Origin: a virus
Lineage: Duplodnaviria; Caudoviricetes
DNA length: 39,477 nt
Direction: 5' to 3' (one strand)
Virus record (IMG/VR): IMGVR_UViG_3300012931_000040
Coordinates: 1-39,477 of that record
Shown here: one piece after another, positions 26,695-35,120 of the stretch
Layout of the letters: every line of letters begins with the position of its first letter
Numbering within the stretch: position 1 is the stretch's first letter
Translations under genes and position numbers: made by a program
Notes under the pieces: generated by a model
The model's database searches: none
The model's input: the letters and a program-made list of their open reading frames with translations, nothing else
What the model was told of the DNA's origin: nothing

Positions 26695-26866
26695 TTTGTT
26701 TCTCCATAGAATTGTTAGGGCATACCTCAATGCAACGCCCGCACTCTACACAAGCATCTTGGTCAATGTATATGCCTTCTATGCCAACCAGTATTGCGCT
26801 CTTTAGGCACTCGTCTAGGCATTGCATACACTTGGTGCACTTTTTGGGGTTGTGAACTGTGGTCAT
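26687..26866 (-). CDS. 2[4Fe-4S] ferredoxin (59 aa, not in ORF track)
   Basis: MTTVHNPKKCTKCMQCLDECLKSAILVGIEGIYIDQDACVECGRCIEVCPNNSMEKQNE; two CxxCxxCxxxC motifs. Confidence 0.9.
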   Translation of the reverse strand: MTTVHNPKKCTKCMQCLDECLKSAILVGIEGIYIDQDACVECGRCIEVCPNNSMEKQNE

Positions 26867-27003
26867 TTTAATTTCTTTCCTATGAAATAGGTTGTTATAT
26901 CACAAATTAAGAAAAGAAGAATTGTTGTAGCAAACCCGTCTGACTTAACTAATAATGAATCTCCATTAGATATAAACATCAATAGTACCATTAAAGAACT
27001 CAT
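26863..27003 (-). CDS. Small hydrophobic protein (46 aa)
   Basis: ATGA-coupled on both sides. Confidence 0.5.
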   Translation of the reverse strand: MSSLMVLLMFISNGDSLLVKSDGFATTILLFLICDITTYFIGKKLK

Positions 27004-27248
27004 TTTACTTTCTTCCCGCAAATAATTCTCTCCAAGTTAGCCTTAGTGCTAGGGTCAAGCTCATTAAGATTGATGTGCATCTTCTCGGCGTAATCAGCCA
27101 TAGCCTTACCGCACAAGATAAACTTAGCATTTCTTAGTCTATTAGTGGCATCTTTTACATTCTCTCCATTATGTAATTGTTGTTCTGATATGGACTTAAT
27201 TTCTTTAGCCCTACCAATAAGGTAATCGTCTATGTGTGTTATGCTCAT
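27000..27248 (-). CDS. Hypothetical protein
   Basis: Coupled ORF. Confidence 0.65.
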   Translation of the reverse strand: MSITHIDDYLIGRAKEIKSISEQQLHNGENVKDATNRLRNAKFILCGKAMADYAEKMHINLNELDPSTKANLERIICGKKVK

Positions 27249-27505
27249 TTCACTCTCCCTATTGTTTTAAGTGCATTAATCCTTACTTGTGTAAAATCTC
27301 TGCCTTGCTCTAAACCTAATTTAAGTTCCCGGAAGTAAATCATATTGGCATTTGTCATCGCATTAGGGAATTCTATAGCGTTGTTCTTAGCCTCGCTGGC
27401 TAGTTCTGCATAGTTAACTCCACATACTATTAATCTATCGTGCTTAACGTGTCTGTCGTGGATATACTTATCAATGTCTGTGGTAAAATCAGATTCTTTA
27501 GTCAT
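27245..27505 (-). CDS. Hypothetical protein
   Basis: Coupled ORF. Confidence 0.65.
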   Translation of the reverse strand: MTKESDFTTDIDKYIHDRHVKHDRLIVCGVNYAELASEAKNNAIEFPNAMTNANMIYFRELKLGLEQGRDFTQVRINALKTIGRVK

Positions 27506-27845
27506 TTAAACCTTCTCCTTCATTAAATTGTTCTAGGTTAATACAGGCTAAACAATGTGCTGTTTGTAGTTTTTGGTCTTCTTTGGCTTCAGCTTTAGAG
27601 CTATAGTAAACCGATAATCCGTCATAAATATTAATCCACCCGCTTAACTTCTTTGGTTCGGTGTATTCTTCTATTAGAACGTTACCTTCTTTATTTACTC
27701 CTGTCTTAGTAAAGGTGCTAATGGATTGACTTATTACATTAATCGCTATTAATAAATCTAGATTAGGGTGTTTTGTAAATATCTCAAACACATTTCCGCT
27801 ACTTGATTTATACTTCTTTCCAACTTCAATCTTCACAATCTTCAT
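27498..27845 (-). CDS. Hypothetical phage protein
   Basis: EVGKKYK...G and W.NIY motifs common in phage early genes. Confidence 0.7.
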   Translation of the reverse strand: MKIVKIEVGKKYKSSSGNVFEIFTKHPNLDLLIAINVISQSISTFTKTGVNKEGNVLIEEYTEPKKLSGWINIYDGLSVYYSSKAEAKEDQKLQTAHCLACINLEQFNEGEGLND

Positions 27846-27973
27846 CCTCCACAGTTAAAATCAATATTCCTAAAAGTAAAATAATAATTTACTTCCTTCA
27901 CCCGAAGGTATAACAATTTCTAATCTATCTATGTTAATAAGTTTATCAGATAACTTTATAAATTCACTCATCA

Positions 27974-28168
27974 TCAATTCTCCTTTACTGGTGGGGTTAG
28001 TTTACTATAATTAAAACATTTAACAGGGGAATAAACCTGTTTACTTTGTTCTGATGGTATATTATCACCTACACCTACGATATAAAGTTTTGGTTTAATG
28101 GTTGGATTGTTTCTGTTTTCACAGCTTATACAGTATTCACATTCTCCAAACTTACGGCATCTATCCAT
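27974..28168 (-). CDS. Cys-rich hypothetical protein
   Basis: GAGGT RBS; C..C..C. Confidence 0.6.
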   Translation of the reverse strand: MDRCRKFGECEYCISCENRNNPTIKPKLYIVGVGDNIPSEQSKQVYSPVKCFNYSKLTPPVKEN

Positions 28169-28235
28169 CTCACACCTCTTTTACATCTAATATCAAGCGG
28201 AGCTAACTATCTCCCAACATTTATCTTGTTAATAT

Positions 28236-28379
28236 CTAGCCAGAGCCATCGCCATAGCCATTGCCAGAGCCAGAGCCATCGCCATCGCCATATCCATATC
28301 CATAGCCATAGCCAGAGCCAGAGCCATTGCCTTTGCCAGAGCCATGATGCCTATTCTTAATCTTCGATAAATTTAACAT
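28236..28379 (-). CDS. Gly/Ser/Tyr/Asp low-complexity peptide
   Basis: GGAG RBS before ATG 28379; (G-X)n repeat from 6-bp GGCNNN units. Confidence 0.55.
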   Translation of the reverse strand: MLNLSKIKNRHHGSGKGNGSGSGYGYGYGYGDGDGSGSGNGYGDGSG

Positions 28380-28722
28380 AAGTTTTCTCCGCTTCTTTTG
28401 TTGTTGGTATAAACTCAATAACGTTAGTAAGCAACACCTCTCCTGTTTTATTTAGTCTACCTTTTACAACCCCATTCTTAGCCACAGCTGATAAAGATAG
28501 TCCGCCATCTTCCCATTTCCATAACCTCAAGGCGTTTTCGAGTTTAATTTCCATAGAGTTTTCAGGATTAATCCAGATAACATCTCCGATATGAACCCCA
28601 GCTGAATATGTTCTAATTAAACAACGCCTACCCAACATAGGATGTTTAGTATTCAACTCTCCTTTATTAAATAAATTATGCAATTCTTTTACTTCTCTCA
28701 ATGTTAAATCATCAATATTCAT
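28357..28722 (-). CDS. DUF6948-like protein
   Basis: IRTYSAGVH.G, A.RLW.W, LS.VA..G. Confidence 0.8.
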   Translation of the reverse strand: MNIDDLTLREVKELHNLFNKGELNTKHPMLGRRCLIRTYSAGVHIGDVIWINPENSMEIKLENALRLWKWEDGGLSLSAVAKNGVVKGRLNKTGEVLLTNVIEFIPTTKEAEKTYVKFIED

Positions 28723-28737
28723 TTTATTTACTCCTTG

Positions 28738-28914
28738 TTAGTTGTTAATAATTGTTGCACACATATCCTGTTTTATAGTGGAGCGGATACACTCTGTAAA
28801 TTTAATTGCTTTATTAGTATCCTTAATCCCTAGATACTCAAAGCCGTACTTGCTGGCATATATCACCGTGATACATACAATCAGCATTGCTATAAGCCAT
28901 CTAGGAATCAACAT
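28738..28914 (-). CDS. Small membrane protein
   Basis: N-terminal TM; start uncertain. Confidence 0.5.
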   Translation of the reverse strand: MLIPRWLIAMLIVCITVIYASKYGFEYLGIKDTNKAIKFTECIRSTIKQDMCATIINN

Positions 28915-29077
28915 CTTTTTCACCGTTTTCTATCATATTAACAAATCCATTATCTGAACATATTCCCTCTAAATCCTCAGTCTTAACTCTTTCGAATACT
29001 CCTTGAGGATAATTAGAAACGTGCCTTAAGCACCTCTCCATTACTGGGCAATATTCTGAGTTACAAACTGTCATCAT
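28901..29077 (-). CDS. Small Cys-containing protein (MMTVCNSEYCPVMERCLRH..., not in ORF track)
   Basis: ATGA coupling; C....CP....C.R. Confidence 0.55.
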   Translation of the reverse strand: MMTVCNSEYCPVMERCLRHVSNYPQGVFERVKTEDLEGICSDNGFVNMIENGEKDVDS

Positions 29078-29406
29078 CTACAACATAACTCCCTAACGTG
29101 ATACAATGTTTTGTTTATTTCTTTGAATTCTTCGTATCTTCCCTTCCAATTATGATATGCTTTTACCATACATTCAGGATTAATTTCGGCTATGGCACAC
29201 CAAAATTCACGACTGCGCTTAAATTCTCCCTTATCTTCAGTTAGAAAAAGTATAGCTTCTCTATTGTCTTTTTTAAGTTGGCTTTGGTCTTGATTAAATT
29301 TTGTTCTTTTAATTCTAATCGCGTCTGTCAAAGCTGTAAATAAAACAGCAGATGCAAGTTGCTTGCAGGCTTTATATTCCATTTCTATATCTTCAAATTT
29401 TTTCAT
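29074..29406 (-). CDS. Hypothetical phage protein
   Basis: AAGGGG RBS, own promoter; L..AV...A..D, W C..A..NP motif. Confidence 0.75.
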   Translation of the reverse strand: MKKFEDIEMEYKACKQLASAVLFTALTDAIRIKRTKFNQDQSQLKKDNREAILFLTEDKGEFKRSREFWCAIAEINPECMVKAYHNWKGRYEEFKEINKTLYHVRELCCR

Positions 29407-29427
29407 TTAATTTCCCCTTTCAAATTA

Positions 29428-29456
29428 CTTATACATTAAATAAAATAGCTTGTCAA
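29428..29456 (-). promoter_or_regulatory. Early leftward promoter
   Basis: TTGACA-17-TATAAG with TG. Confidence 0.7.
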
Positions 29457-29480
29457 TAGTTTTTTTTACTATTTATAATA

Positions 29481-29675
29481 TTAATCTTTAAATAGTTTAT
29501 TGAAATCTAATCCTAGTTCTTTGCATTTATCTAAGAATTTATTTTGTCTTTTACTAAATCCTTTAAAACACCATCTATCTAAGCAGGATTTAGAAGTACC
29601 AAACTTACTTGCCACTTCTTCGTTGCGTTTTTTAATATCTAATGTTCTTTTAATATATTGCCAGTTTAAAATCAT
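29481..29675 (-). CDS. Small HTH (Cro-like) DNA-binding protein
   Basis: NEEVASKFGTSKSCLDRW helix-turn-helix pattern. Confidence 0.6.
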   Translation of the reverse strand: MILNWQYIKRTLDIKKRNEEVASKFGTSKSCLDRWCFKGFSKRQNKFLDKCKELGLDFNKLFKD

Positions 29676-30217
29676 AGTTGCTCCTTTAGTTGTTTAAGTT
29701 TTTCCTCTAGTTCGAATGTTGGTATTTTTTCAACGCTGTAATCTTCAGAAATATTTTTGTAATCGTTATTAGTGATTATACCGTTTACAATTGCAATTTC
29801 CTTTAGTTTATTTTTATACTCAGGTTCATTTATATGTACTTGATATTTATGAACCCCTGCGTTTAAAGCTATTCCGTTTCTTAAATCCCATCTGTATTTC
29901 ATATTAATTCGGTGTTTTATCCAATGATGAGCCTCTAAGTTTTTATCATTTAACGATAGCATACATTTTTTATCCCTTTTTCTAATTAATAAACTCCACG
30001 TTTTATCTAGTTCATCTATTAGTTCTTTTCTTTTATCTTTCTTTTTTCCTATTTTCTTAAAATCATTCATACATTCGACTAATCTTTCAAATCCTTTTTT
30101 TGGTACGAAATCAGGATATTTATTATAAAATTTACATAAATAGTTTTTAAAGTTCCGGCATCCTTTACATAAATCTTTAGTACAATGGATTATTAATTTA
30201 CTGTTTTTATATTTCAT
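29672..30217 (-). CDS. NinG/Rap-like nuclease
   Basis: LD..WS..IR.RD..C, AHH.I, RWD.RN...L....H. Confidence 0.7.
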   Translation of the reverse strand: MKYKNSKLIIHCTKDLCKGCRNFKNYLCKFYNKYPDFVPKKGFERLVECMNDFKKIGKKKDKRKELIDELDKTWSLLIRKRDKKCMLSLNDKNLEAHHWIKHRINMKYRWDLRNGIALNAGVHKYQVHINEPEYKNKLKEIAIVNGIITNNDYKNISEDYSVEKIPTFELEEKLKQLKEQL

Positions 30218-30245
30218 TTAGTCTTTCCTCTACACAAATTAACAT

Positions 30246-30341
30246 TTATCCTGCTGATTCCATATTGCATTCAGCTCTAGCTAAAGCTACCCTACCGCAA
30301 CTAATTCCATCAAATAAAGATAATACATTAATAGGTTTCAT
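30246..30341 (-). pseudogene. Truncated C5-cytosine methyltransferase N-terminus
   Basis: MKPINVLSLFDGISCGRVALARA (motif I) then unrelated 8 aa and stop. Confidence 0.75.
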
Positions 30342-30757
30342 TTAACTAACTCCATATAGCCCTTGCGTTCTAAATAGCTTTCAGGCAACTCCGTCATCTG
30401 AAACTCTCCGTGCGTGCGTTCAGTCCAGAATATTAACACCTTCATCATATAATCGCAAAACTCTCCGGTCTTCATCTTAGTAGTAGTCTTAACTCCGAAT
30501 ATTGTTTTGTTAATCTCGTGTATTATATCAGGTGTATAAGGTAAGTTTAAATCTCCGTAACTTAATCCTATGTCATAGAAAAACTTATTAAGTTCCGAAC
30601 AAAATAACCAGTAGTAATTATTAGCTTCATTACTACGTTTGGACTTAAACTCTTTCACCTCAACATCAACTTGCTTTCCATTCTTAATCATTTCCTCAGC
30701 TTGCGTATAAGCTAGGCGGAAAACTTGTTTGATATGGTTTAAGTCCTTTATGAACAT
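30338..30757 (-). CDS. NinB-like protein
   Basis: KRS.EAN.YYW, H, TTKM...EF..Y. Confidence 0.7.
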   Translation of the reverse strand: MFIKDLNHIKQVFRLAYTQAEEMIKNGKQVDVEVKEFKSKRSNEANNYYWLFCSELNKFFYDIGLSYGDLNLPYTPDIIHEINKTIFGVKTTTKMKTGEFCDYMMKVLIFWTERTHGEFQMTELPESYLERKGYMELVK

Positions 30758-31638
30758 TATTCTTTAATCCAGCCACTACATAATTGTTTTAATCTAATTA
30801 ATAATTCATCAACATCTTTCTTGTTTGATGAAGTAAATTTAAATTTAATAGAATAAACAATTTCAGGTTCAATGTGAACTACAGTCCCTCCTTTTAATGA
30901 CATTTTAGCAGGTTCGTTTTTAATATCTTCTTTTTTCTTGGCATCTTCAGATATTTTTATTTCATTGGCTGATAAATAATCATTTTTAATAATATCCATT
31001 AATTCTACTATTGAGTTTTCAGAATAAATATATTTCGATATTCCCAAGTCAAACCCATAAAGTTTAGAATTTTCGGAATTAATTTTATTAATAGCTTCAG
31101 TTCTTTCAATTAACATTTTTTCTTTATCTTGTTTATCCTTAACCTCTTGTTGAATTTGCTTAGCTATATTATTAACTTCTTCAATAATTGAATTCTTAGT
31201 AGTAGTTTTATTAAGCCACTTTTCTTGAATTTCTAATCTTAATAAATATTCATCAGTTATTTTATATCCAGTTATTACACTTGATATTAATTCTTGAACA
31301 TACTTACGTTTCTCATCCCTTTCTTTTTCCTTAAATACATTTACTTGGGAATTAAGTGCCTCTACAACATCTTTACCAATTTGTAATATATCATCGCAAT
31401 CAGCCTTTAACTTCTTGCTAGGAGCTTCTAGTTCCTTTGAAATTGATATTCTATTATCATTAACATTCTTGATAATTTTATTAATATCAGCAACCTCTTT
31501 TTTAATATCTTCTAGTATGTCTTCGGTTACTACTAAATTTTTATATTTATCTGAAATTTGCATAAATCCAGCTTTTATTTCATCTAAATTATGTTTAATA
31601 TCAATTTTACTTTCGTTTATTATTACTAAATCTTTCAT
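30757..31638 (-). CDS. DUF1351-like coiled-coil protein
   Basis: N..E.K, Y..LVVTE, A..NK, R..I.K, WLNK; next to recombinase. Confidence 0.75.
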   Translation of the reverse strand: MKDLVIINESKIDIKHNLDEIKAGFMQISDKYKNLVVTEDILEDIKKEVADINKIIKNVNDNRISISKELEAPSKKLKADCDDILQIGKDVVEALNSQVNVFKEKERDEKRKYVQELISSVITGYKITDEYLLRLEIQEKWLNKTTTKNSIIEEVNNIAKQIQQEVKDKQDKEKMLIERTEAINKINSENSKLYGFDLGISKYIYSENSIVELMDIIKNDYLSANEIKISEDAKKKEDIKNEPAKMSLKGGTVVHIEPEIVYSIKFKFTSSNKKDVDELLIRLKQLCSGWIKE

Positions 31639-31648
31639 TTTATTTTTC

Positions 31649-31888
31649 CTAAAAAGGTATGTTATCGTCTGGTAAATCAGGACTATTCAATGCTTCCTGT
31701 TTAACTTCCTCATCGACAGGTTTAATCGAATAACTCAAATATGTATTTCCGTTTTTATCTTTTTTCTTCCAAACTGATAACATACTTAGAACTCCGTTAA
31801 TTTTGTTCTTAGTATAAAAGTCCGGTGAGTTTTCGCTTTTCTTTTTATTGTTAGCGAATATTGCTCCTGCATTTTCTTTTTGTTCCAT
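31649..31888 (-). CDS. Short SSB-like protein
   Basis: G.IF.N..K.....PD, W.K....G..YLS, acidic DDNIPF tail. Confidence 0.7.
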   Translation of the reverse strand: MEQKENAGAIFANNKKKSENSPDFYTKNKINGVLSMLSVWKKKDKNGNTYLSYSIKPVDEEVKQEALNSPDLPDDNIPF

Positions 31889-32511
31889 TATGTTAAATCC
31901 TTATATCTAGTTGCTGCCTTTTTTCTAAACGCTTCAATCTGATAAACTGTCCACTTATCAGTTATTGCCACTCCCTCCTTAGTTTCGTTTACAAATTTAG
32001 TTACTTCATTCGCTGTGGGTATTAAACCTAAAGCCCCGATACAGGCGTTATAACTTTTTGTAGCCGCTTCTTTATCGATAGGATCTCCGTTTATATCTTC
32101 AGTTGGTAGATTTTGTTCAGGCATACCTTTATTTGTTTGTTTATGATGTTCGTCTGTATCAGCGTCCTTAGTGTCATCAATGCAGAATAATCCATTTAGA
32201 GCATACTTACGAGCATAACTAGAAGATGTTCCTGTAATTTGACTAGAATCCAACCCCTTCTTTTCATCTGGCTCTCTAGCATAGGCTATTGACTGATAGT
32301 TATTTTCTCCATCATTAAAAGTTGCTGTTGCTTTTACATAATATCTAGTACCTATTAAGACTACCTCATCTGATAAGTTAAGCAAGCTTCCTTTAAGTAA
32401 CGGCTTGATTGCCTCTAAGATATCCTCGCAAGAACGATATTTATAGCCACCGAATTTATTTAGTTGATTTTTTGGTGCTTTTAATTCCTTAATTATTTCT
32501 GATAATGTCAT
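31888..32511 (-). CDS. ERF-family single-strand annealing protein
   Basis: LKAPK.Q.N.FG.Y.YRSCEDIL, QITG..SSYARKYAL.GLF.IDD.KDAD. Confidence 0.92.
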   Translation of the reverse strand: MTLSEIIKELKAPKNQLNKFGGYKYRSCEDILEAIKPLLKGSLLNLSDEVVLIGTRYYVKATATFNDGENNYQSIAYAREPDEKKGLDSSQITGTSSSYARKYALNGLFCIDDTKDADTDEHHKQTNKGMPEQNLPTEDINGDPIDKEAATKSYNACIGALGLIPTANEVTKFVNETKEGVAITDKWTVYQIEAFRKKAATRYKDLT

Positions 32512-32583
32512 TGTTTATCTCCTATCAATCCTAAAATTTTCATAATATTTAATGTTTCGTCCTGAATTTCTTTGTCTGTCATT

Positions 32584-33249
32584 TTACTTATCCTTTTTCT
32601 GATGTTCTTTAGCCATAACTAGAATAGGTTTTTTCCATTTGTTCCAAAATTCCAAAGCCTCGCTATCCATTCGTGATATTATTTCATCACTAACTTCATT
32701 CCAAAATGTAGTTGTATGTATTTGGCAACCTATTTTTATTTTTTTATCAGTAATCCATATTTGCCACTTTAATCCTGCATTAATGTAAATTGGTGACTTG
32801 ATTAATTTTTCACCCCACAGGGTGGCACCCCACAGGTTGGCACCACACAGGTTGGCACCATACAGGTTGGCGCCACACAGGTTGGAACCACGCAGGTCGG
32901 CACCACACAGGTTGGCACCCCACAGGTTGGAACCACGCAGGTTGGCACCCCACAGGTTGGCACCACACAGGTTGGCACCCCACAGGTCGGCATCCCACAG
33001 GTTGGAACCACACAGGTTGGAACCACGCAGGTCGATATCCCGCAGGTTGGAACCACGCAGGTCGGCACCACACAGGTTGGCACCCCACAGGTCGATATCC
33101 CGCAGGTTGGAACCACACAGGTTGGAACCACGCAGGTCGATATCCCGCAGGTTGGCACCCCTTTCTCTTGCCTTTAGTAAACATTCTTTTATTGTTTCAC
33201 ATTCAAATTCAAAAATAACATTTCCATTAAATCTATTTAATATTTTCAT
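32584..33249 (-). CDS. Pentapeptide repeat protein
   Basis: (A/S/I)(N/D)L(R/C/W)(G/D) repeats; C-terminal IGCQ.H....W. Confidence 0.95.
   Translation of the reverse strand: MKILNRFNGNVIFEFECETIKECLLKARERGANLRDIDLRGSNLCGSNLRDIDLWGANLCGADLRGSNLRDIDLRGSNLCGSNLWDADLWGANLCGANLWGANLRGSNLWGANLCGADLRGSNLCGANLYGANLCGANLWGATLWGEKLIKSPIYINAGLKWQIWITDKKIKIGCQIHTTTFWNEVSDEIISRMDSEALEFWNKWKKPILVMAKEHQKKDK
32812..33160 (-). repeat. 15-bp coding tandem repeat (about 23 units)
   Basis: caggttggcaccaca and variants. Confidence 0.95.
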
Positions 33250-33250
33250 T

Positions 33251-33487
33251 TTAATCTCCGTAAACTTCTCTGATTTTTTCTATTAAGTAATCATCAAGTT
33301 TAATAAATTTATCTCCGACTTTCTTATATAAATCACGGTCCATTAGATTTTCTCCTGTGCGGATATCTTCTAAGACGTCGAACTTTCCGTTGTAAAGATT
33401 AAACTCAACCTTGTAATTACCTAATTGCATATCACGGCTTTCGTTGCGATATTGTATTTCTCCGCTTTCTCTTTCATCATCATCCAT
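33251..33487 (-). CDS. Hypothetical protein
   Basis: GAGGT RBS. Confidence 0.7.
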   Translation of the reverse strand: MDDDERESGEIQYRNESRDMQLGNYKVEFNLYNGKFDVLEDIRTGENLMDRDLYKKVGDKFIKLDDYLIEKIREVYGD

Positions 33488-33489
33488 AA

Positions 33490-33618
33490 TTACACCTCAA
33501 TATTTAAGCGTTGACGTAAATTTCTAGTATCTTCTTTCTTAACTGGACGTGGTATAAATAACATCGCTCCAATTAAAACTCCTATTAGTACGGATAAAAC
33601 TATAATTAAGTAAATCAT
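33490..33618 (-). CDS. Small single-TM protein (42 aa, not in ORF track)
   Basis: MIYLIIVLSVLIGVLIGAMLFIPRPVKKED... Confidence 0.55.
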   Translation of the reverse strand: MIYLIIVLSVLIGVLIGAMLFIPRPVKKEDTRNLRQRLNIEV

Positions 33619-33619
33619 T

Positions 33620-33802
33620 TTAATGCATCATATTTTTAAATAAATTAAACTCAATCCATTGTCTTGTTAAATGTAAATTGTTTCTATTTTTATATTCTTT
33701 TTTAACTTTATTCCAGTATTCTTTAGTTTGCAAGATTCCACTTTCTTCTATTATTTTTGCTGAAATACTTTTTTCCCTTAGTACCGATTTTAATTTTATC
33801 AT
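33620..33802 (-). CDS. Hypothetical protein, first early gene
   Basis: AGGGGA RBS before ATG 33802. Confidence 0.65.
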   Translation of the reverse strand: MIKLKSVLREKSISAKIIEESGILQTKEYWNKVKKEYKNRNNLHLTRQWIEFNLFKNMMH

Positions 33803-33832
33803 TTTAAGTCCCCTTTCATTGTTGATAACTAA

Positions 33833-33861
33833 CTTATACACTAGATAAAATGTATTGTCAA
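33833..33861 (-). promoter_or_regulatory. Major leftward early promoter
   Basis: TTGACA-17-TATAAG. Confidence 0.7.
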
Positions 33862-33891
33862 GAGTTTTTTTTGTTATTTATAAGTTTTTTG

Positions 33892-33920
33892 TTGACTTGT
33901 TGTTAAGTTTAGGTTATAAA
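33892..33920 (+). promoter_or_regulatory. Rightward early promoter (divergent)
   Basis: TTGACT-17-TATAAA. Confidence 0.65.
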
Positions 33921-33940
33921 GGATTTGAAAGAGAGGAACA

Positions 33941-34135
33941 ATGCGGATGATTAAAGAAAGGAAATGCTGTGCTGGCTGTATATTTCTTGGTATCTGCCTA
34001 ATTAAGGATAAGATACACATTACTTGTCATCGGTACAATGAAGAAATAAGAGTAAGCACAAAAGAATCGGTAACGTCATTAAGAGAGACTCCGATATTAG
34101 AGGTGTGTAAGAATGAGAAGGGGTATAAGTTATGA
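33941..34135 (+). CDS. Cys-rich hypothetical protein
   Basis: GAGGA RBS; CC..C.....C. Confidence 0.6.
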   Translation: MRMIKERKCCAGCIFLGICLIKDKIHITCHRYNEEIRVSTKESVTSLRETPILEVCKNEKGYKL

Positions 34136-34335
34136 AACACCTAGAAAAGATGACCATCATAAAGAAAGCTCTGTGTGGCACATCGGGCTGGTGGAATAGA
34201 ACAGATTTAGGAATGATGGTCTTTGATAAAAAATACAGACAAGCTGCTGGTTATGTTGACAAGGCGGTTAAAGAGCTGGTTGAGCTTGGAGTTTTAGAGA
34301 CAAATGGTAAGGGTAAGTATAGGTGGAAGCAATGA
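34132..34335 (+). CDS. Small winged-helix-like protein
   Basis: AV.ELV..G.LE....G.YR pattern. Confidence 0.55.
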   Translation: MKHLEKMTIIKKALCGTSGWWNRTDLGMMVFDKKYRQAAGYVDKAVKELVELGVLETNGKGKYRWKQ

Positions 34336-34616
34336 GTTATATAGAAATAAGTAAAATTATGAAATATAGGGGTTATTTTATCTATGAAATTGACCATATT
34401 AATGCTGATAATGAATTTGAGCTTGCTAAGATTAATAATGCCAGAAGGAGTATTAGAGGATTTATACAAACTTTAAAGTTCTTCATTAAAGAATTGGAGC
34501 GAGAAGGATTTAAGGTTAAGCGTGAAATAATATCTTCAAAAGAACTTGAATATTGTTCTTCTAGAAGATTTATAAAAACAGCTAAGCTTAACACGTATAG
34601 ATTAACATTAAGTTAA
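34332..34616 (+). CDS. Hypothetical protein
   Basis: ATGA coupling. Confidence 0.6.
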   Translation: MSYIEISKIMKYRGYFIYEIDHINADNEFELAKINNARRSIRGFIQTLKFFIKELEREGFKVKREIISSKELEYCSSRRFIKTAKLNTYRLTLS

Positions 34617-34636
34617 TAATTTGAAAGCGAGGAATT

Positions 34637-35062
34637 ATGAGTTACATTAAAGACGGAGTCCACCGGACAGAGGATAACATCCTAATCGAGGCTTTATACT
34701 TGCTAGCTAAAGACATCCAAAGCGATGACGGTATTGCTAACGAGTGCGTTAGAGAAGCGGCTTTGAGATTAAGCGAGCTGGTTGAGGAGGTAAATATTTA
34801 TAAAGCTAGTCAGAATAGTAGATTATTAGATATAATTAACCTTCCAACCCATAGTTTCTTTAAAAAATTTAGTCGTAAAAAGTGTTTAACTAATTTGCTA
34901 TTAGATAGAGGTATTAATTTTATTAACCAGCTTTGTAGCCATACAAGACAGGAATTGCTTAATATCCCTGGTATGGGTATTAATGGAGTTAATTTTATTG
35001 AACAGGCTTTGGGAGAATACAATATTAAACTTAAATCTAATCTTGACAACCAAACTAAATAA
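34637..35062 (+). CDS. Protein with C-terminal RNA polymerase alpha-CTD-like domain
   Basis: N.L...GI..I.QL...T..ELL.IPG.G...V..I...L. Confidence 0.75.
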   Translation: MSYIKDGVHRTEDNILIEALYLLAKDIQSDDGIANECVREAALRLSELVEEVNIYKASQNSRLLDIINLPTHSFFKKFSRKKCLTNLLLDRGINFINQLCSHTRQELLNIPGMGINGVNFIEQALGEYNIKLKSNLDNQTK

Positions 35063-35085
35063 TATATATTAGTTAGAATAAACAC

Positions 35086-35114
35086 TTTACTTCTCTAACA
35101 TTATATGATACTAT
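35086..35114 (+). promoter_or_regulatory. tnpB promoter, probably leaderless mRNA
   Basis: TTTACT-17-TACTAT; ATG 6 nt after -10, no SD. Confidence 0.6.
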
Positions 35115-35120
35115 ATAAAT

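Noticed and set aside
27832-27974. Programmed frameshift in small ORF MMSEFIKLSD...LLFYF*
   Set aside because: A second frame continues briefly, but there is no clear slippery heptamer or stimulator; could be a short gene or indel
32798-33286. Alternative-frame ORFs (RLAPH, VPTC, QPVW repeats)
   Set aside because: By-products of the stop-free 15-bp repeat; only 32584-33249 has a coherent protein
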